A DNA stretch of 61,960 bases, the filler included, from Sphacelaria rigidula (lineage: Eukaryota), in assembly GCA_964200075.2 (NCBI GenBank). It is 11 parts of 11 records of this genome, joined end to end, with 100 filler letters (N's around TTAATTAATTAA, not from the genome) between each part and the next. Parts side by side here need not be neighbours in the genome. Positions count along the whole stretch, not along the records: positions 1 to 5,543 come from CAXNAA020026482.1; positions 5,644 to 11,185 come from CAXNAA020026483.1; positions 11,286 to 16,827 come from CAXNAA020026484.1; 8 more parts are not named here. One strand, written 5' to 3'. Of this stretch, positions 1 through 12,974 are shown one piece after another; the stretch's first letter is position 1; each line of letters begins with the position of its first letter. The notes beneath the pieces were generated by a model. It had not been told where the DNA came from, made no database searches, and saw only the letters and a program-made list of their open reading frames with translations. The translations under genes were made by a program, and so were the position numbers.

Positions 1-1029
1 CTTCTCTGGACCGTCGTCATTGCCGTGCTATTTGGGCTTCGTTGCTCTCCCGTCTAATCGCACGTAGTCGGCTGGCCTCCTCTTCATTCCTGTGCCATGA
101 CGTCATGAACCTCTCCGCTTCCCATATGTACATGTATCATTTCACATGTCCCCCCACTTGTGCCGAGTGTTCTCTGGCAGCAAGGCATTTTTTTCCCGCG
201 CTATTTTTTGCTGCGCACGAAGAAGGCCCAGCGTAACATTGCCGTTCAGGTTTGGGTGTCATCTGATACCCGCGGCGCGTGTTCTGGCCACCGAAAGTAG
301 CTCAAACTGGCTTTTTTTCGCGGGGTGTTCCATCGCTAGACTCTAGTCACTATTTTTACCTAAGGTTAGGGACATTGTGTAGGTGGACTTCCGGGTCTGA
401 TTGTCGGACTCTATGATGGGTGACCTCCATGACGTGTAGGCTTGGTTGTGCGACTCTGGTGGAGAGAGGCTACGGTCCTGTTCTCCTATACTATGCTAAG
501 GGTTAATGCATGAGTAACGAAAGCTGCTGAAGTCCATGTGCCCATGATGGGAGGAGTCCACATGGCGACCTGATCTTGAGTGACAGAGGTCTATCGATCC
601 CAAACCACAAAAACCTTTTCAAGATAATGGAAAAATTCAATCAGGAACCCGAACCACAAAAGCCTGTTGAAGATCGTCGTTCGAACAGGATAAGTTGAGG
701 CGGGATATTATTACACCGTGATTTTCTTCGCGTCGTTCTCGTTGATTTGGGGGCACGAAGATAGTGGTTATGCAGCGAATGTCACAAGAACATGAGAGCA
801 AAGCAGTTGAAAACATTTACACATTGCCTTGGCCTTAATCAGCAGCAAACACAAAGCGACTGATCTGAGATCCCTTATTATTTAGTTTTGACGTGAAGTC
901 TCTGACACCGTCAAATTTGCGTAATGTGGGTCCCAGCTACGCGAACCCAACAGTGCTTAACGTTTTGCCGAGAACAAACCCCAAGGACCCTGTCCATAGG
1001 GAACTTCTAACCACGAGGAAAGTTCCTCA

Positions 1030-1251
1030 GGTGTCGGCTAGACTGCTGTAGGAGATTTCGTTGAACTGTCTGTAGTATACCTTGGGAGCCACGGAGCTAT
1101 GTTTACGATCCAAGCTCAAAGCCAACGCACACGATGACGACAGTCGGGTGTCGACTAGACTGCTCTAGGAGAGTTTCTATACTATACTGTCTGTGTACCT
1201 CGGGAGCCACAGAGCTATATTTACTCCCAAGATCGCAAAGCCAACGCACAC
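1030..1251 (+). repeat. Degenerate direct duplication, two copies, period about 117 bp
   Basis: GGTGTCGGCTAGACTGCTGTAGGAGA...GGGAGCCACGGAGCTAT...AAAGCCAACGCACAC (1030-1132) recurs as GGTGTCGACTAGACTGCTCTAGGAGA...GGGAGCCACAGAGCTAT...AAAGCCAACGCACAC (1147-1251). Confidence 0.85.
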
Positions 1252-3153
1252 CATACCATCAAGCTCACAGAACGTGAGCTTGACTGTACACCACACCACA
1301 AACTGTAAACAGGTGCACTAGACATTGTCCTGCATGAAGGGCTACACCATCTGTAGATGCATCCGCAAAATGAACTGCTACGAGCTGGGCCAACTAACGG
1401 TGATTTTTGGACGAAAAGTGGAGATTCCATTGGTAATTCGAAGAGCAAGGCGCTGAAATTTTGGCACGACATTTTCATCATTACCCTACGCGACCCTATT
1501 GGGGATGCAGAGAGAGGGAAAAAAAGAGGAAGCTAGAGCGAGTTCAGGTTTCAGTAAAAGCAGGAAAAACGCTATAACTTCCATACAAAATGATAAAATC
1601 GATAACAACGCTTCAACACATACGGGCACTCGCGTGACCGACATCCTGGTAAGGTTTCGGTCAAAAGTATCTCAAGTTGGGCGCGGGTTCGCACAGCAGC
1701 AGCCTTTTTTACCACATAGTTTCGACTTGCGTCACCCCGGGGAGGCCCGTACCAACCTCCCGAAGGGGAACCATGCATACATATAATACTTTACTGGAAT
1801 ATTTCAAACTCACGAGCGTGACGCATACTTTGTAACGAGGCGTCCACGAGATTCAATGCTGATTTTAGTGTGAAAGTTCCTCCGCACCCGCCGCGAGGGA
1901 TGACTGTTCGGGCCAATGTCAATGCTAGGGCCCCGGTTCGCGGGTTCGTGCTTTACTTTGTGCGGGGGTACACATGCGTTTTCGACCGTTCGAACGGACG
2001 TGCGATCGCGGTGGTCCTGCAATGTTTGCGGCGGGCATGAACATTTCGAGAGAGGATCTATTCTCACGAGGGCTTGGCAAGGCAAGAGTACCGAGACCCT
2101 CGAAAAAGACGGGCGAGGGCTTGTATTTGTATGTTATATTGCTACACCATCATCAGGATCTACCGGTTGCCGCTGCGAGTGAGATTACAGGAGTACTGAA
2201 GATTTTGTGCAATGCAGCAGGGTGGGTCGATTCGGCTCTCATACCCAAAGCTTGTCATGTAATCCGTGTGTGAAGCAGGTGCCATTCCGGGAAAAAACGA
2301 TCTCAGGCCAGGATTCAGGCTACTTCGTTGGCCAGTCAGGCAAAGCCTCGCAATTTCATTCAACCGCCATATGAGATATGGGCGTCCATGTGAGATATCC
2401 ATCTGTGATTTGGATATTCCTCTGGAATATCCCACAGGCATGTCAACGTCCCAGATAGGCACCCCAGATGGACATCCCAGATGAAAACCCATATCCCGTG
2501 ACATCCTTCCCTTCCCACATGGATGTCCAAGTCCCGGGCGGGTGTCCATATTACACATTGATATCCTATAGGGGTGCCCACATCCCAGATACGTATCCCC
2601 GGATGGGGGCTGTACGATAATGCAGGGCTTCCTGAGCAGGTGGCCAAATGTCATGTGCAAAATAGTGGGAGTCGAAGTTGTAGTTAGTATCGATTTGAAA
2701 AGGTCCGAGTGTACCTGAACGAGTCGAATTCCCGAATACGTTTATCGCACAACGCCCTCAGTCGAAACACACTACTAGGTTTTAGGAACGAGAACGTCTG
2801 AGCAAATACCACTGAGTAACATTTTTCATCATCCTTTCAGCTTGATGTCATGTCGCTTTGAACACAGATCGAACAACCGACGTCTGAGTTAGTCAACCCA
2901 CCAGTGCTCGTTCGTCGACAACATACCGTATCATCATGCCCACCACAGCCACCGTCGCATACCGGCGAGGAAGGTGTGCAGCACCACGAACAAGAAAAAA
3001 ATGGGCCCTGCGTCCTTCCCGACCATTTAGCAGTATCATGTTGTATGTAAGACAGCACGGTGCCGTTGAGTACGATAATTTTCCGATATGAGCACGGAAG
3101 GTAGCGACAAGGAATAGCGACACCGTACTGCGTGGGAGGACCGCGTGCTTTTT

Positions 3154-3294
3154 GGATCGCATCAGTATGTACACACCCCTAAGGTAAAGGTTAGTGTCGG
3201 GGTTAGTATTGGGGCTAGGGTTAGGGGCACGGTCCCTGCAGGGACTGGCCCAAGCGTTATTGACAAACATCGGTCCCGGGTTATTTTGAAATCC
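3154..3294. repeat. Short element with an internal degenerate (TTAGGG)-like tract, possibly a non-autonomous Helentron-type element
   Basis: GGATCG...GGTTAGTGTCGGGGTTAGTATTGGGGCTAGGGTTAGGGG...AAATCC. The telomere-like hexamers are interstitial and bounded by GGAT/ATCC. Confidence 0.35.
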
Positions 3295-3899
3295 GACGCC
3301 GTCCAAAAAGCACGCGGTCCTCCCACACATTACAGATACCACTGGGGGCAGTTGCACATGCCTGAGTTTTGACGCCCTCAGGCCAAAGGTTTCGGACCAC
3401 GGAGATCAGCCAGTCGTAGACGAGTAGAGCGCTGATAATGCATATGACGATAAGCACAAGCAGGGCGCCACCTAAGTGAAACCCTCCCACCTCGCCGCGG
3501 TTGACTTCATAATTCCCGAGGACGAATCCACCGTAGGCGGCTCCGCCTGATTGGTACACGGCAAGGGGAATCAGACATGTTCGGTGGAGAACAGGTGGCG
3601 TAATACGGTGACACGTGTTTCGTTCCAATCTGTCAAGCGCTCATGTTATTCCAAACCCGATTATTTTTCCGGTGTGCGTCATCAGAGTCACGCAAAGCAA
3701 CACATGTGGAAACATTATGAGAAGGATTTCGGACTGTGCGTGATATCGTGAAACAGCACACAAATCGGCAGAACCTAGGCGTCCCGGCAAGTGGTCCTAA
3801 GATAGGGCAGGGGGTGTTTGATTCCACGAGAAAATGCTCATAGATATATCAGATGACCCTACTTACTCGCAGTACGCTTGTATTTGGGTGTAAACAGCG

Positions 3900-4900
3900 T
3901 CAAGCAGCGTGAATGAGAGTTATTTATCTGTTACACTCGCGTACGAGAAACTGTAGTGACTTTCGTGGAAGAAATCGTCCCAACTACCCCTACCCCTATC
4001 GTAGGATGACTCAGCCACGGAAAAGTGAGTAACAGTTCGGCACCATATGCCCTGGTGATATATCACGTGAGTTTGTTAGTAGCAGAAGTGGCACGCGACA
4101 ACTATCCCACTGCCTTGTACGGGTTACCAGCGGTAGTTGTACCTCGATGTATGTCATGCCATAATCAGAGGGAGTAGTATTCTACCGTATCACAGTATGG
4201 CCGTGTGAAGCGTTCGACATAAGAGTGTTCATCGTTGCAACCGACCATTGCTACATCATGTGCACAAACACAACGACGATCGTATACGAGCACACGCGTC
4301 ACGAAGAACTTCGGCCTTACCCGCAGGCAGTATCATCGGCCACGAACGGATTAGGGGGCTTCACATGAAGCAAGTGTAATCCCATCTCTATCATTGCTTG
4401 AATAGACGCCTGGCAATGAAATGAGTGTTTCTGTTTCGCTACTCCCGCATAGTATTATACGAATGTTCAACTGGGAAGACTGTTCCAGCATTCCATCAAG
4501 GATCGCTTCCACGTTTCTTTGACGCGTGCACAAGATGTGTACATTATCGTCCGATGGCTTTGAGACTAGACCCATTATCCACGCCACGAAACGAAAGTCA
4601 CACTGTATCATCGGCGGGGAGCGCAACACTGTGTGCCCACGTCGACAGAGTGCCATCTTCCTGCTACAATGCTAGCCCCAAGTGATCTAAACACGACGCA
4701 GCCTCCCTACCTGCAAAACCCGTTGACTGCAAAGCAAATGAGTACCTTCGCGATAAAACCCTTCGATTTGTGCCTCAAAATAAAGAGTTTTGGAAGCTCT
4801 CGCATGGGCGTATAAACGCCCCACAAAGCGACCTACTTCCTAGCCTTTGGCCGGATAGCCGGGGGCCCTGTGCAGAAGTCCACGATTGTCAGTACCTGCG
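3900..4900 (-). mobile_element. Highly decayed Ty1/Copia reverse transcriptase remnant
   Basis: ORF 4351-4656(-) has weak, correctly ordered echoes of Copia RT motifs: ALCRRGHTVLRSP (~LYGLKQSP), GLVSKPSDDNVHI (~GFxxSxxDxCVY), LPGVYSSNDRDGITL (~LGxxIxRDxxGxLxL). The YVDD motif is not preserved and the bounds are approximate. Confidence 0.4.
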
Positions 4901-5456
4901 ACGATGGCGCGAACGCTGTGGTTGAGGCTGGACGCCACGGGCGACGTTCCCATGATTTCTTCGTGCGAGCTACCGGCGTAGAACTTGTTGTTGAGAGGCC
5001 ACGTTACGCTGAGGGGGCCATCGCCATCCTGCGTGGAGCATCGTCATCATGAGCATATATGTCAATAAACGACATGTAGGCTGCAATACACGGGAACGAA
5101 AAAAAAACTAGTTTTTACTCGTGCAACTATTTCACCGGTGAGTGTCTATGTACTTGCCCGAAGTTGCAAAGTTTGTGTCAGCAGAGACGGTGGCCAGCCC
5201 CTCGAACCAACCTCACCTCTTAGCTTTTCGGGCGGGGGGTGTTGAGTTGTCCCCGAGATAACTATACAACATAGCATATTAGATCTCCTAAGCAACCGTT
5301 CCACCGAGGTTATGTTGATGAAAGCTCTCTAGCCAAGGCTCAAGAACCATACTGCAACGTGTATTGTGTTTTGAAGCACAACCTCTCACGTTCGCCGTCC
5401 CTCAATCGCCTGATTGCCGCACACATCTATGCTCGCTGTGTCCTTGATATGAGTTA

Positions 5457-5543
5457 TGCTACGGTAGGGGTAGAGAAATAATTTCTGATATTAGAATTAT
5501 TAGGGGCCCCTTATCTCATCCAAAACACGACTTATAAAAATAT
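5457..5543. mobile_element. Terminus of a MITE of the TGCTACGGTAGGGG family, truncated by the contig end
   Basis: TGCTACGGTAGGGGTAGAGAAATAATTTCTGATATTAGAATTATTAGGGGCCCCTTATCTCATCCAAAACACGACTTAT matches the reverse complement of about 15997-16080. Confidence 0.8.
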
Positions 5544-5643
5544 NNNNNNNNNNNNNNNNNNNNNNNNNNNNNNNNNNNNNNNNNNNNTTAATTAATTAAN
5601 NNNNNNNNNNNNNNNNNNNNNNNNNNNNNNNNNNNNNNNNNNN
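5544..5643. other. Artificial contig-joining spacer (N44-TTAATTAATTAA-N44); first of ten
   Basis: Identical 100-nt spacers at 5544-5643, 11186-11285, 16828-16927, 22470-22569, 28112-28211, 33754-33853, 39396-39495, 45038-45137, 50679-50778 and 56320-56419. The pieces between them are 5543, 5542 (x7) and 5541 (x3) bp, i.e. size-sorted contigs. TTAATTAATTAA gives stops in all six frames. Confidence 0.98.
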
Positions 5644-7538
5644 GGCGCAGATTTGGGGTCTACCAAGGCCTCATTTTGTTCAAAGAATGTATGTACCGCC
5701 CTTGCCCGAGGGTTCTCGTTGTGCGTTGGGTTGGATCAACCCAACTAGACTCCTGGCATTCCAGCGTATCGTGAGCATGGACGAAAAGCTACGCAGTGGC
5801 ATCCAGCATATGTGGAACAAAAACGGAAATAACGGCAGGGTTCTCTGTATGAATTTTGGATCCATGTCGTTCTCTTCCGATGATGTTGGGCATATTTTAC
5901 CCGACGAGCCTGAATAAGCCCCAAAAGTCGATATGTTCGTGTATTTTCGTGATTTTGGTCGGTGACACTTTTTTTGCCCAGTTTGGGGGGTCAGGCGCAC
6001 CCATAACAGTCTGGTACGGCTCTTCGACTGAAGCAGCAGCTTACGCTGCATACTCCCTTGCACGTTCTGGGCAATATCAGCTACTGAAATCAGCTGCCTA
6101 CACGCTCGCGATCGTTTCGGTCGCCAGCGAGGTAAGTGTTGGGTTGGGTTTCCTCCTTCCATCAAGGAAAAAAAAAAATACAGCTTTCTCATCCCCGTCC
6201 ACAACATGCACGTGGACTGCACACTGCAAGTCATCCGCAGAGGGATACGCAGAATTCATTACGGTAGCTCCCTTTGTCTTTCCACCGCCCACCTGGATTT
6301 TGTGCCTCGTGAAAATGACCATATGGTGGCATGTACACTCCTTCCCGGTTTTTCCCGGCCCACCCTGTGTCGGTGTAAATCATTAGGTTTTAGTATAGAA
6401 TCGGGACACAAAAACACTGCGGAAAAAATGGGAAAACAGCCTGGAATCGTTTTTGAGGTTCAACATTTTTACTACTATCGAAATTCCATTTACTTTGTTC
6501 AACGGTGTTACGCCCAGTTTGGTGTCACGTTTTTTACCGCTACCCCCGAAATGAAGACGCGACGAAATCTAAGAAGTGTAAAGAAGCTTATATCGAAAAT
6601 AAAAGCGATACACAGCTGTAGTATGTATCCTACACTACCCCTCCGTCGAAGTCCGGTTCAATTCCATCCAGTACAGCACACGCACGATCGATGAATGACC
6701 CTGAAAAAAGCCGCGGAAATCTGTACAAGCCAAAAAGCCATTTTCCAATATGGCCTATCTACACGCGATCGCAGATAACTTGCGCTGCACGAACGGCGGG
6801 TAGCTAAAACTTTAGAGGCAGGTAGTAATCGCTAATGGCCATCGTTTAACATCAAATTTGCACCAACTAGATAGACTCCGGGAGCGTGCGTAAAGTGCAA
6901 AAGATTAACCTTGCTATACGTCAACATTTGTCGTTACGGCAAGGGTATGTGCAACCGCAACGTAAAGGGCTAATAGCTATGCGTCTTAGCTACACATAGC
7001 AATTTGATTTGTCTCTGCAGCTGCTGTGTGTGTTGAGATATTCCTATTTCGGCGGGAGGTATTGGGACACATGATGAGATGCGGTGGAAAAGCGTGTCAG
7101 GTACTACTCCGGGGTATACAAAGAGAAGCGATATCCAAAATAAGCCGGCGGCAATTGCGCCGCGTTGAGGTGTGTTCGTTGTCTTACATTTATTTCCCCA
7201 CACTCTTTCATGGAAACAACAGCGTTGCCCGTCAGCAGAGAAGATAGTTCAAACATGTGCATGCCGTTGTAGCTGCGGTGGCGCGCGAGGTTGCTGCCCA
7301 CAGCATAGAGTGCAAACAGATGTATACTGTCGTCAGCGAGGCCGTGACCCCTCCGCGTCTAAGGTCAGTTCTCATGGCAAACAAACAACGCCAAAAAAAT
7401 ACTGCACGAACTGGGCTAGCGGACAGTGATTCGCGAATGTATCCGAGCCGGGCGGTTGGTAATCCGAAGCGTTGGGCGCTGAAATTTTGACACAATATTT
7501 GTATCATCACTATGCACAACCTTCCCGGGGATGCCAAG

Positions 7539-7542
<4 letters not shown>

Positions 7543-7570
<28 letters not shown>
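7543..7570 (+). repeat. (CA)n microsatellite
   Basis: Run of about 14 AC units. Confidence 0.95.
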
Positions 7571-7571
<1 letters not shown>

Positions 7572-9140
7572 TTTAGAGCGATTGGAATTTTCTGCAAAAA
7601 CTAGAAGAATGTTAGTACTCTGTGAAAATAAATAAATACGTGGGCATCGCTACCGTAGTTGTGCGTCCTTCATTGGAGGACATCCTGGTGCAATGGCGGC
7701 GAAATCTTCCAGAAATTTGGCGCAGCATCCAACTTTTCGTGTGGCACGGCTGCGCTCCTTTAATCCAAGTGACGCAGTTGACCCCAATTATGGAGGTCAC
7801 GAGTGCGAATCCCGACGGATTTTTATTTTTTGTTCCATCGGTTGGGTGGTACATTATGCCGTACATTTTTTTTCTTTTTTCAGTGGCGGTCCCGTGCGTT
7901 ACCACGTTGGTCTGCAGGTCACACCGATATTCTCACATCGGGCTGGTTTGGCAAACTTGAGAAGTTATGGTGTGACATGCAAATGCAGGATTTACCGCTG
8001 GCCCAGCCCGTAGCGCTATGTTTTGTTCATGTGTGTTATTTTGCGTCCGAAAGGGAGCTAGGGTAGTATTGACACTTTATAATGGCTTCCTATTCTGCAC
8101 GAAAAAATACTCGAGGACACCTTAATTTTTCCTGGTAATGGAAGTTTTCTTGTTTTACACATACACTCATCTGCCAGAGAGGTCAAGTCCAGTGGAACAA
8201 TCCGTGTCATGTTCGCATTTTCCGGTGGTCGCAAGATTGTTTCGACTACTGAGCTAGCATTTTTTTGTCCAATAACAGTCGACACGAGTTGATAAGTGTC
8301 ATGGATTTCTACACCTGACCACCGCTTTATCCCAAACTCGATTGATGTTCATAGTTTTTGAACGAACGTACAACTTCGGCAAAAAAAACAAGATACAAGC
8401 ACCTCAATACGTTCATGTGACGTGGCAGATTTTCCGACGATGAACGCAAGGCATACCGAGGAGGCAACATTCTCCCAGCCATCACTTACGCCCAAAACGA
8501 AGAAGAAGGACAAAAAAACAGCCGTTCAACATGTTGTGTTTGCCGTAATAAGCGGTTGATATGAAACGTGGCGAAAATCGACCCAACGTGTGATGCGCAA
8601 GACCGTTGGTGACACGACCCTCCGGTTCGGTGCACATGGTGCAGTATCAAGGATGTCGGCGAGAGTGTAGCGAAGAACACCAGCCGACGTTTTTCGTCAG
8701 ACCATTCAGCACAGTAGTGACAGGGATGCTTCCCGGCAGTTGTCTCCTTGCGCGAACGCTATAGCGTTGAGGCGCGAGCGTTGGCAGTGCTGCACGATTA
8801 ATCTAAAGGTTGACTGACATACTAGGGTGACGGTCAGATTAGTCGTCTTGCGTTGAAATACTCACTTCATTGACATTACCAGGTAGCCTCATGCACCACA
8901 GGCGATTCGCTGACGGGCGTAGCCAGATCACCCCTAATACACTTTTGCATCCCACGGTGCACCGCACATCCACGAGCCATCATGGCCATGTACATGAGAC
9001 ACGGCTCATTACTACAGCGTAGAAAATGCAACCTTGAGTTGTACAGAAACGTTTGCGCAATCTATCTACAGAAAGAACGGCCCCGATATAATCCGCAGAC
9101 AGAAATCAGAACGCGAAATCTTCCTCATTGTCGTCACCCG

Positions 9141-11100
9141 CTACCGATGCCGAGTCCTCTCTCTCGGACCCGCTGCATTCTGAATCAGGATCTCCGATCC
9201 AGATCCCGGCTGCAGAGTTGGACTTGTGTCTGACGGGTTTATCATATCGCCGTCGCAAAAGTAGCCACCGATGGGATCTTGTCCCGGATGCGCCCCCCCT
9301 ACCCCCTGCCTCCCGCCGCCGTGCCAGTAACGCCCCTCACCATCGGTCACACCAACAGGTGCCCCTGGCGCGTTGCTCGCTTCACGTGCCGCGCCCCTTC
9401 CGCGTGATGCAGCCGACTCGCCCCTTGCATGCTTCGCTGTTGAGCGGCATTTCCCGTTGCGCGATTGCTCGCGTGCGCGGCCATCTACGCCGGCGGTTTC
9501 ACTGATTGAATCTGGTCCCGAGTGCGCTCCCCCACTCACCTCCCCCCCGGCGCCGCGCCAGCGAGGCTCCTCACCATCAGTCGTATCAACAGGTGTCCCG
9601 GGTGCGCTGCTTGCTCGAGATGCCGCCCCCATACCACGTGATGCAGTCGACCCCCCCCTCGAATTCTTCGCTGTTGATCGGCTTCTTCCGTTTCGCGATT
9701 GGCCACGTGCACTGCTCTGTCCGTCGCCGGTTTCCTCAGCGGGATTCGCGGCGACCGCTCGCGAAGGGGGTGGGGGCAGGAAGCAGCGACCCTGGCAACC
9801 GCAGCGCAGAGTGCAATTCCCCAAACACCTGCGACTCCGGCATCTGTGTTTTGATGCCATCCTTTCCGGGTTGCATGCACATCTGACTATTTGCACGTTT
9901 CCGGATGTGTCGACGTATGTGTTTCTCGACAAGTATACCACAATGTCAACGCCTGACAGCTCCACCCCCGCTGCTCGACGATTTTACACCACCCTTGTGG
10001 TGAGTCCTCCTCTCAGGTTCTATGCCCCACCCGCGTCCGTTGAAGTTCACTGGGGGCATGCTGCGTAGGAAGCTTCCCCCCCAGTATTCCGACACCGCAT
10101 CGGACTTACTGACGTGCTTCTTGCAGGTGTCCAAGTCCGGGCAGCAGCGTGGAGGCTCCCGACCACCGCGCCTGGCGCCCGAGAGTCACAGAACAGTGCG
10201 ATCGCCCTGTGTTTTCCATACGATTGGGGACTGGGTTCCTCTCCTACTGCGTCTTCGTCGCCGACGTGGCCGCCAGCAATTGCCCTCATATTTGACCTTG
10301 ACACTGCAGGTTCTACGCCTGTCGGCCCAAAACTTCTCTCAACCACATTTGTGGCATGTGCCGGGCGGGATGGCAGCCGCAGATACGCAGGTGTTTCACC
10401 ACCTGCCCGCGTGACATGCAACAACGCGTATACATGCAAGAACTTAGTTCTGTGTAATATTTGACGTTTACTGCGTCAGAGTCGGGGAATCTTGTGCATA
10501 TATATAATCCTATACATATCCCACGCATGCTCACGTCCTGCGTTTGGTTCGAAAGCCGCAGTCATCACCTGAAAGCAAGCAGTGAGGAGCGTGCGATCAT
10601 CACCTGCGTTAGCTCGCGGGGTTACTACTATAGTAAATTGAAGATGCTCTTACCTCGGGATCAGTTCTGGTGTCGTATATGATGCTCGGGCTGCCCCGGG
10701 CAGCATCTCAGCAGGCGCCCGGACATCCCATCCCATGAGTTAGCCCTGGGGATCCTCCACATCTACCGCGAGGGTTTGTGCAGTGGGGTTGGTTAGGTGG
10801 GGAGTTGAACACCAACGCTTCTGACCGAGCGTGTCATCTACCCTGCCGTTCTCATGTTCTCGCCTCCTGTGGCGACGGAGGTATATGTTGTCTGCCGCAT
10901 GAAGCGGTCGCGGCGTCCTATCGTGATTCTGAAGTACCATGAAAAATGAGAAGTCGAAATTTATGTCCATGCCACCGACGGAAATCTCGACCCACGCCAT
11001 CAGTTAGTTATTTGAGTCCGGGTGTCAGATTTCTAAATCGGACTCCTTCTCCAGCTCGGCACAGAGACTACGTGCGAGTTGTACATTCGCTTGTGTACAA
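9141..11100 (-). mobile_element. Decayed C-terminal half of an Academ (AcademX-like) transposase: XPG-like segment plus Cys8 finger
   Basis: About 10146-10026(-) reads CPDLDTCKKHVSKSDAVSEYWGGSFLRSMPPVNFNGRGWG, matching the PPTxDALxxHxxRAxxQxxxW..P..GW block. After a frameshift comes CACNPERMASKHRCRSRRCLGNCTLRCGCQGRC (8 Cys, 9881-9783). Upstream EKESDLEI...GMDINFDFSFFMVL weakly resembles the HEEADTRI...DTDV motifs. Stops and frameshifts are present. Confidence 0.55.
9281..9734 (-). repeat. In-frame 234-bp (78-codon) tandem duplication inside ORF 9141-9965
   Basis: GTCCCGGATGCGC at 9281 and GTCCCGAGTGCGC at 9515. The protein copies are ..ARGQSRNGRSRSTAKNSRGGSTASRG..GGAHSGPD and ..AREQSRNGKCRSTAKHARGESAASRG..GGAHPGQD. 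Confidence 0.9.
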
Positions 11101-11410
11101 CGCGAGCCGTCGATGTATTACGGTCCCGCTGTTTTCAGAACGTGATAACAGCCGATCATCTATGTTGAGGATGGTGCTTTTCATTNNNNNNNNNNNNNNN
11201 NNNNNNNNNNNNNNNNNNNNNNNNNNNNNTTAATTAATTAANNNNNNNNNNNNNNNNNNNNNNNNNNNNNNNNNNNNNNNNNNNNCGGACCAGGCTTGCA
11301 CTCAAACCACCAAACGCGAAGCGCCGTGGTGTGTTTCGCGAGTCGCATGAAGGGTAAGCTACATCCTGCTAAGAGTGTTCGGCCCAAAGCCTACTGATTA
11401 TGTTGCATTT

Positions 11411-11521
11411 GGATGACAGCCTACAATGAGTTTCTTTATTATCTGGCATCGTCACTTCCAGAGACAGCCATGGCTTATACACTGCCTCATGGGTGTCTCA
11501 CCACCCGGGGAGTGGGGGGGG
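11411..11521 (+). repeat. Dispersed repeat, homologous to 56420-56522
   Basis: GGATGACAGCC(T/A)ACAATGAGT...CACTTCCAGAGACAGCCA...CTTATACACTGCCTCATGGGT occurs in both contigs, followed by a G-rich run in each. Confidence 0.85.
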
Positions 11522-12974
11522 CTTAAAAATGACCGATTCTGTTTCTTGATCATCCGAAGTCCTGGGGACTTTGTGCGAGTAGCAAGCGATGGCCACCGGT
11601 TATGTCGCTTGTCTGAGAGGTCGAGCTCCCCGGTGTCGTCTTTGTCAGCTTTATGGTTCTCCCATGGTTATGTCGGGTACTCGGGACCAACACCTCAGGG
11701 CTCGACAAGCGGACCTAGAATACTCTTCGACACCCTTGACTTGCCTGGTGGAAATGCCCATGGCCATCTCCACCGCCATCATGTATCGGTAGCCCAGTGA
11801 TATTTCGGTGCCTCTTTTACAACAAGAAAAGATGTGCGCACGAAAGATTTCATCATGGTTGCGGTAGATAGTGGGCGATGAAAACGTCTAGAATGAAAAA
11901 AACATAAAGGAAACACAAACAACTCAGAACATGAATATCCGAATATTCCCAAAATATGGATGACTTCGTCCCAAAATGTTTTGGTAACAATGGCTCATAC
12001 GTTTTCTCGTAAATGGGCATACCTATGGCAATACATTTTTAGCAGACCTAACCGCAGCATCATGAGCACTTCGGTTGGGGAGGTATGACCAGCACCCCAT
12101 GACAGGATTCACCTAATGGCACAGAGGAAGTGCATACATACCACGATAAGTCTTTAACTCATCAAAATGCTCGGAGTGACTGAACATCAGAAATTGAGAA
12201 TACCGTATCACGAAGACTCCACCCAAAATGGAGTAATCAGCCACGTCGCATATATCCCAACTCACCAATTCAATTTTCCTCCAAAAGGGTGCATAGAAGC
12301 AGGGGTTGGGTAGGATGGGGGGCACCTCCTGTGTAAAATACCAGCACCCCAATAATATGGATACGGTGGATTCTAAGTCAAGTCACGTGTGACGGGCTGA
12401 CCTCCAATTAACATTCCTTGTATGTCCACACAGTAGCCGGTTTTGACGATAAAAGGACAAGAGGGGGCTCTAGACAAAGAGGTCAGTATGCATTTTCCGC
12501 TACCGTATCTGATCGTACACCTTGCTTGGGTCCAGGTTTCTCTGATGGGTAAGACTCCAGACGGTTCTGGTGAGATTTGGTCGATCTGGCATGTAGGCGG
12601 CCAATCCCCTTCGAGAAGACTGTTCTGTGGTTACACCCAGCACCTGTGAGTAAGCGTCGAGGGTGACTCTGCTTTCCGCACCGTTCGACGGCCAACCAAT
12701 AAACGGTACTTCTTGCCACTTGAAATGCGTGGTCACTGATACGGCTTCAGACTCTTTGGTTGACGCAAGGCTGATGCGCAATGTGCACGCCAACTCTTAC
12801 CGTCGTATCTGGGATACCGGGAAGCGGTACTCCTGCCAATGTACGGAAAATAGTCTTCAAGCTATCGTGTGGAACCATTCGACGCAGTGATTCAACGTGT
12901 TTGCTGGATATCCGACGTTGGCCGCGCGCATGCCATACCCTGCGAGTAAGAGACTATTGGTCATCTCTTTTTGT

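Noticed and set aside
3186..3227. Telomere
   Set aside because: Degenerate, short and internal to a contig; better explained as part of a dispersed element.
5588..5599. TTAATTAATTAA repeated every ~5642 bp, suggesting a regularly spaced array
   Set aside because: It is an artificial contig spacer embedded in Ns. For the same reason, no gene-neighbourhood inference across spacers is valid.
5700..6322. Minus-strand coding-like frame (…KIHEHIDFWGLFR…), possibly transposase-derived
   Set aside because: Several stops and no diagnostic motif.
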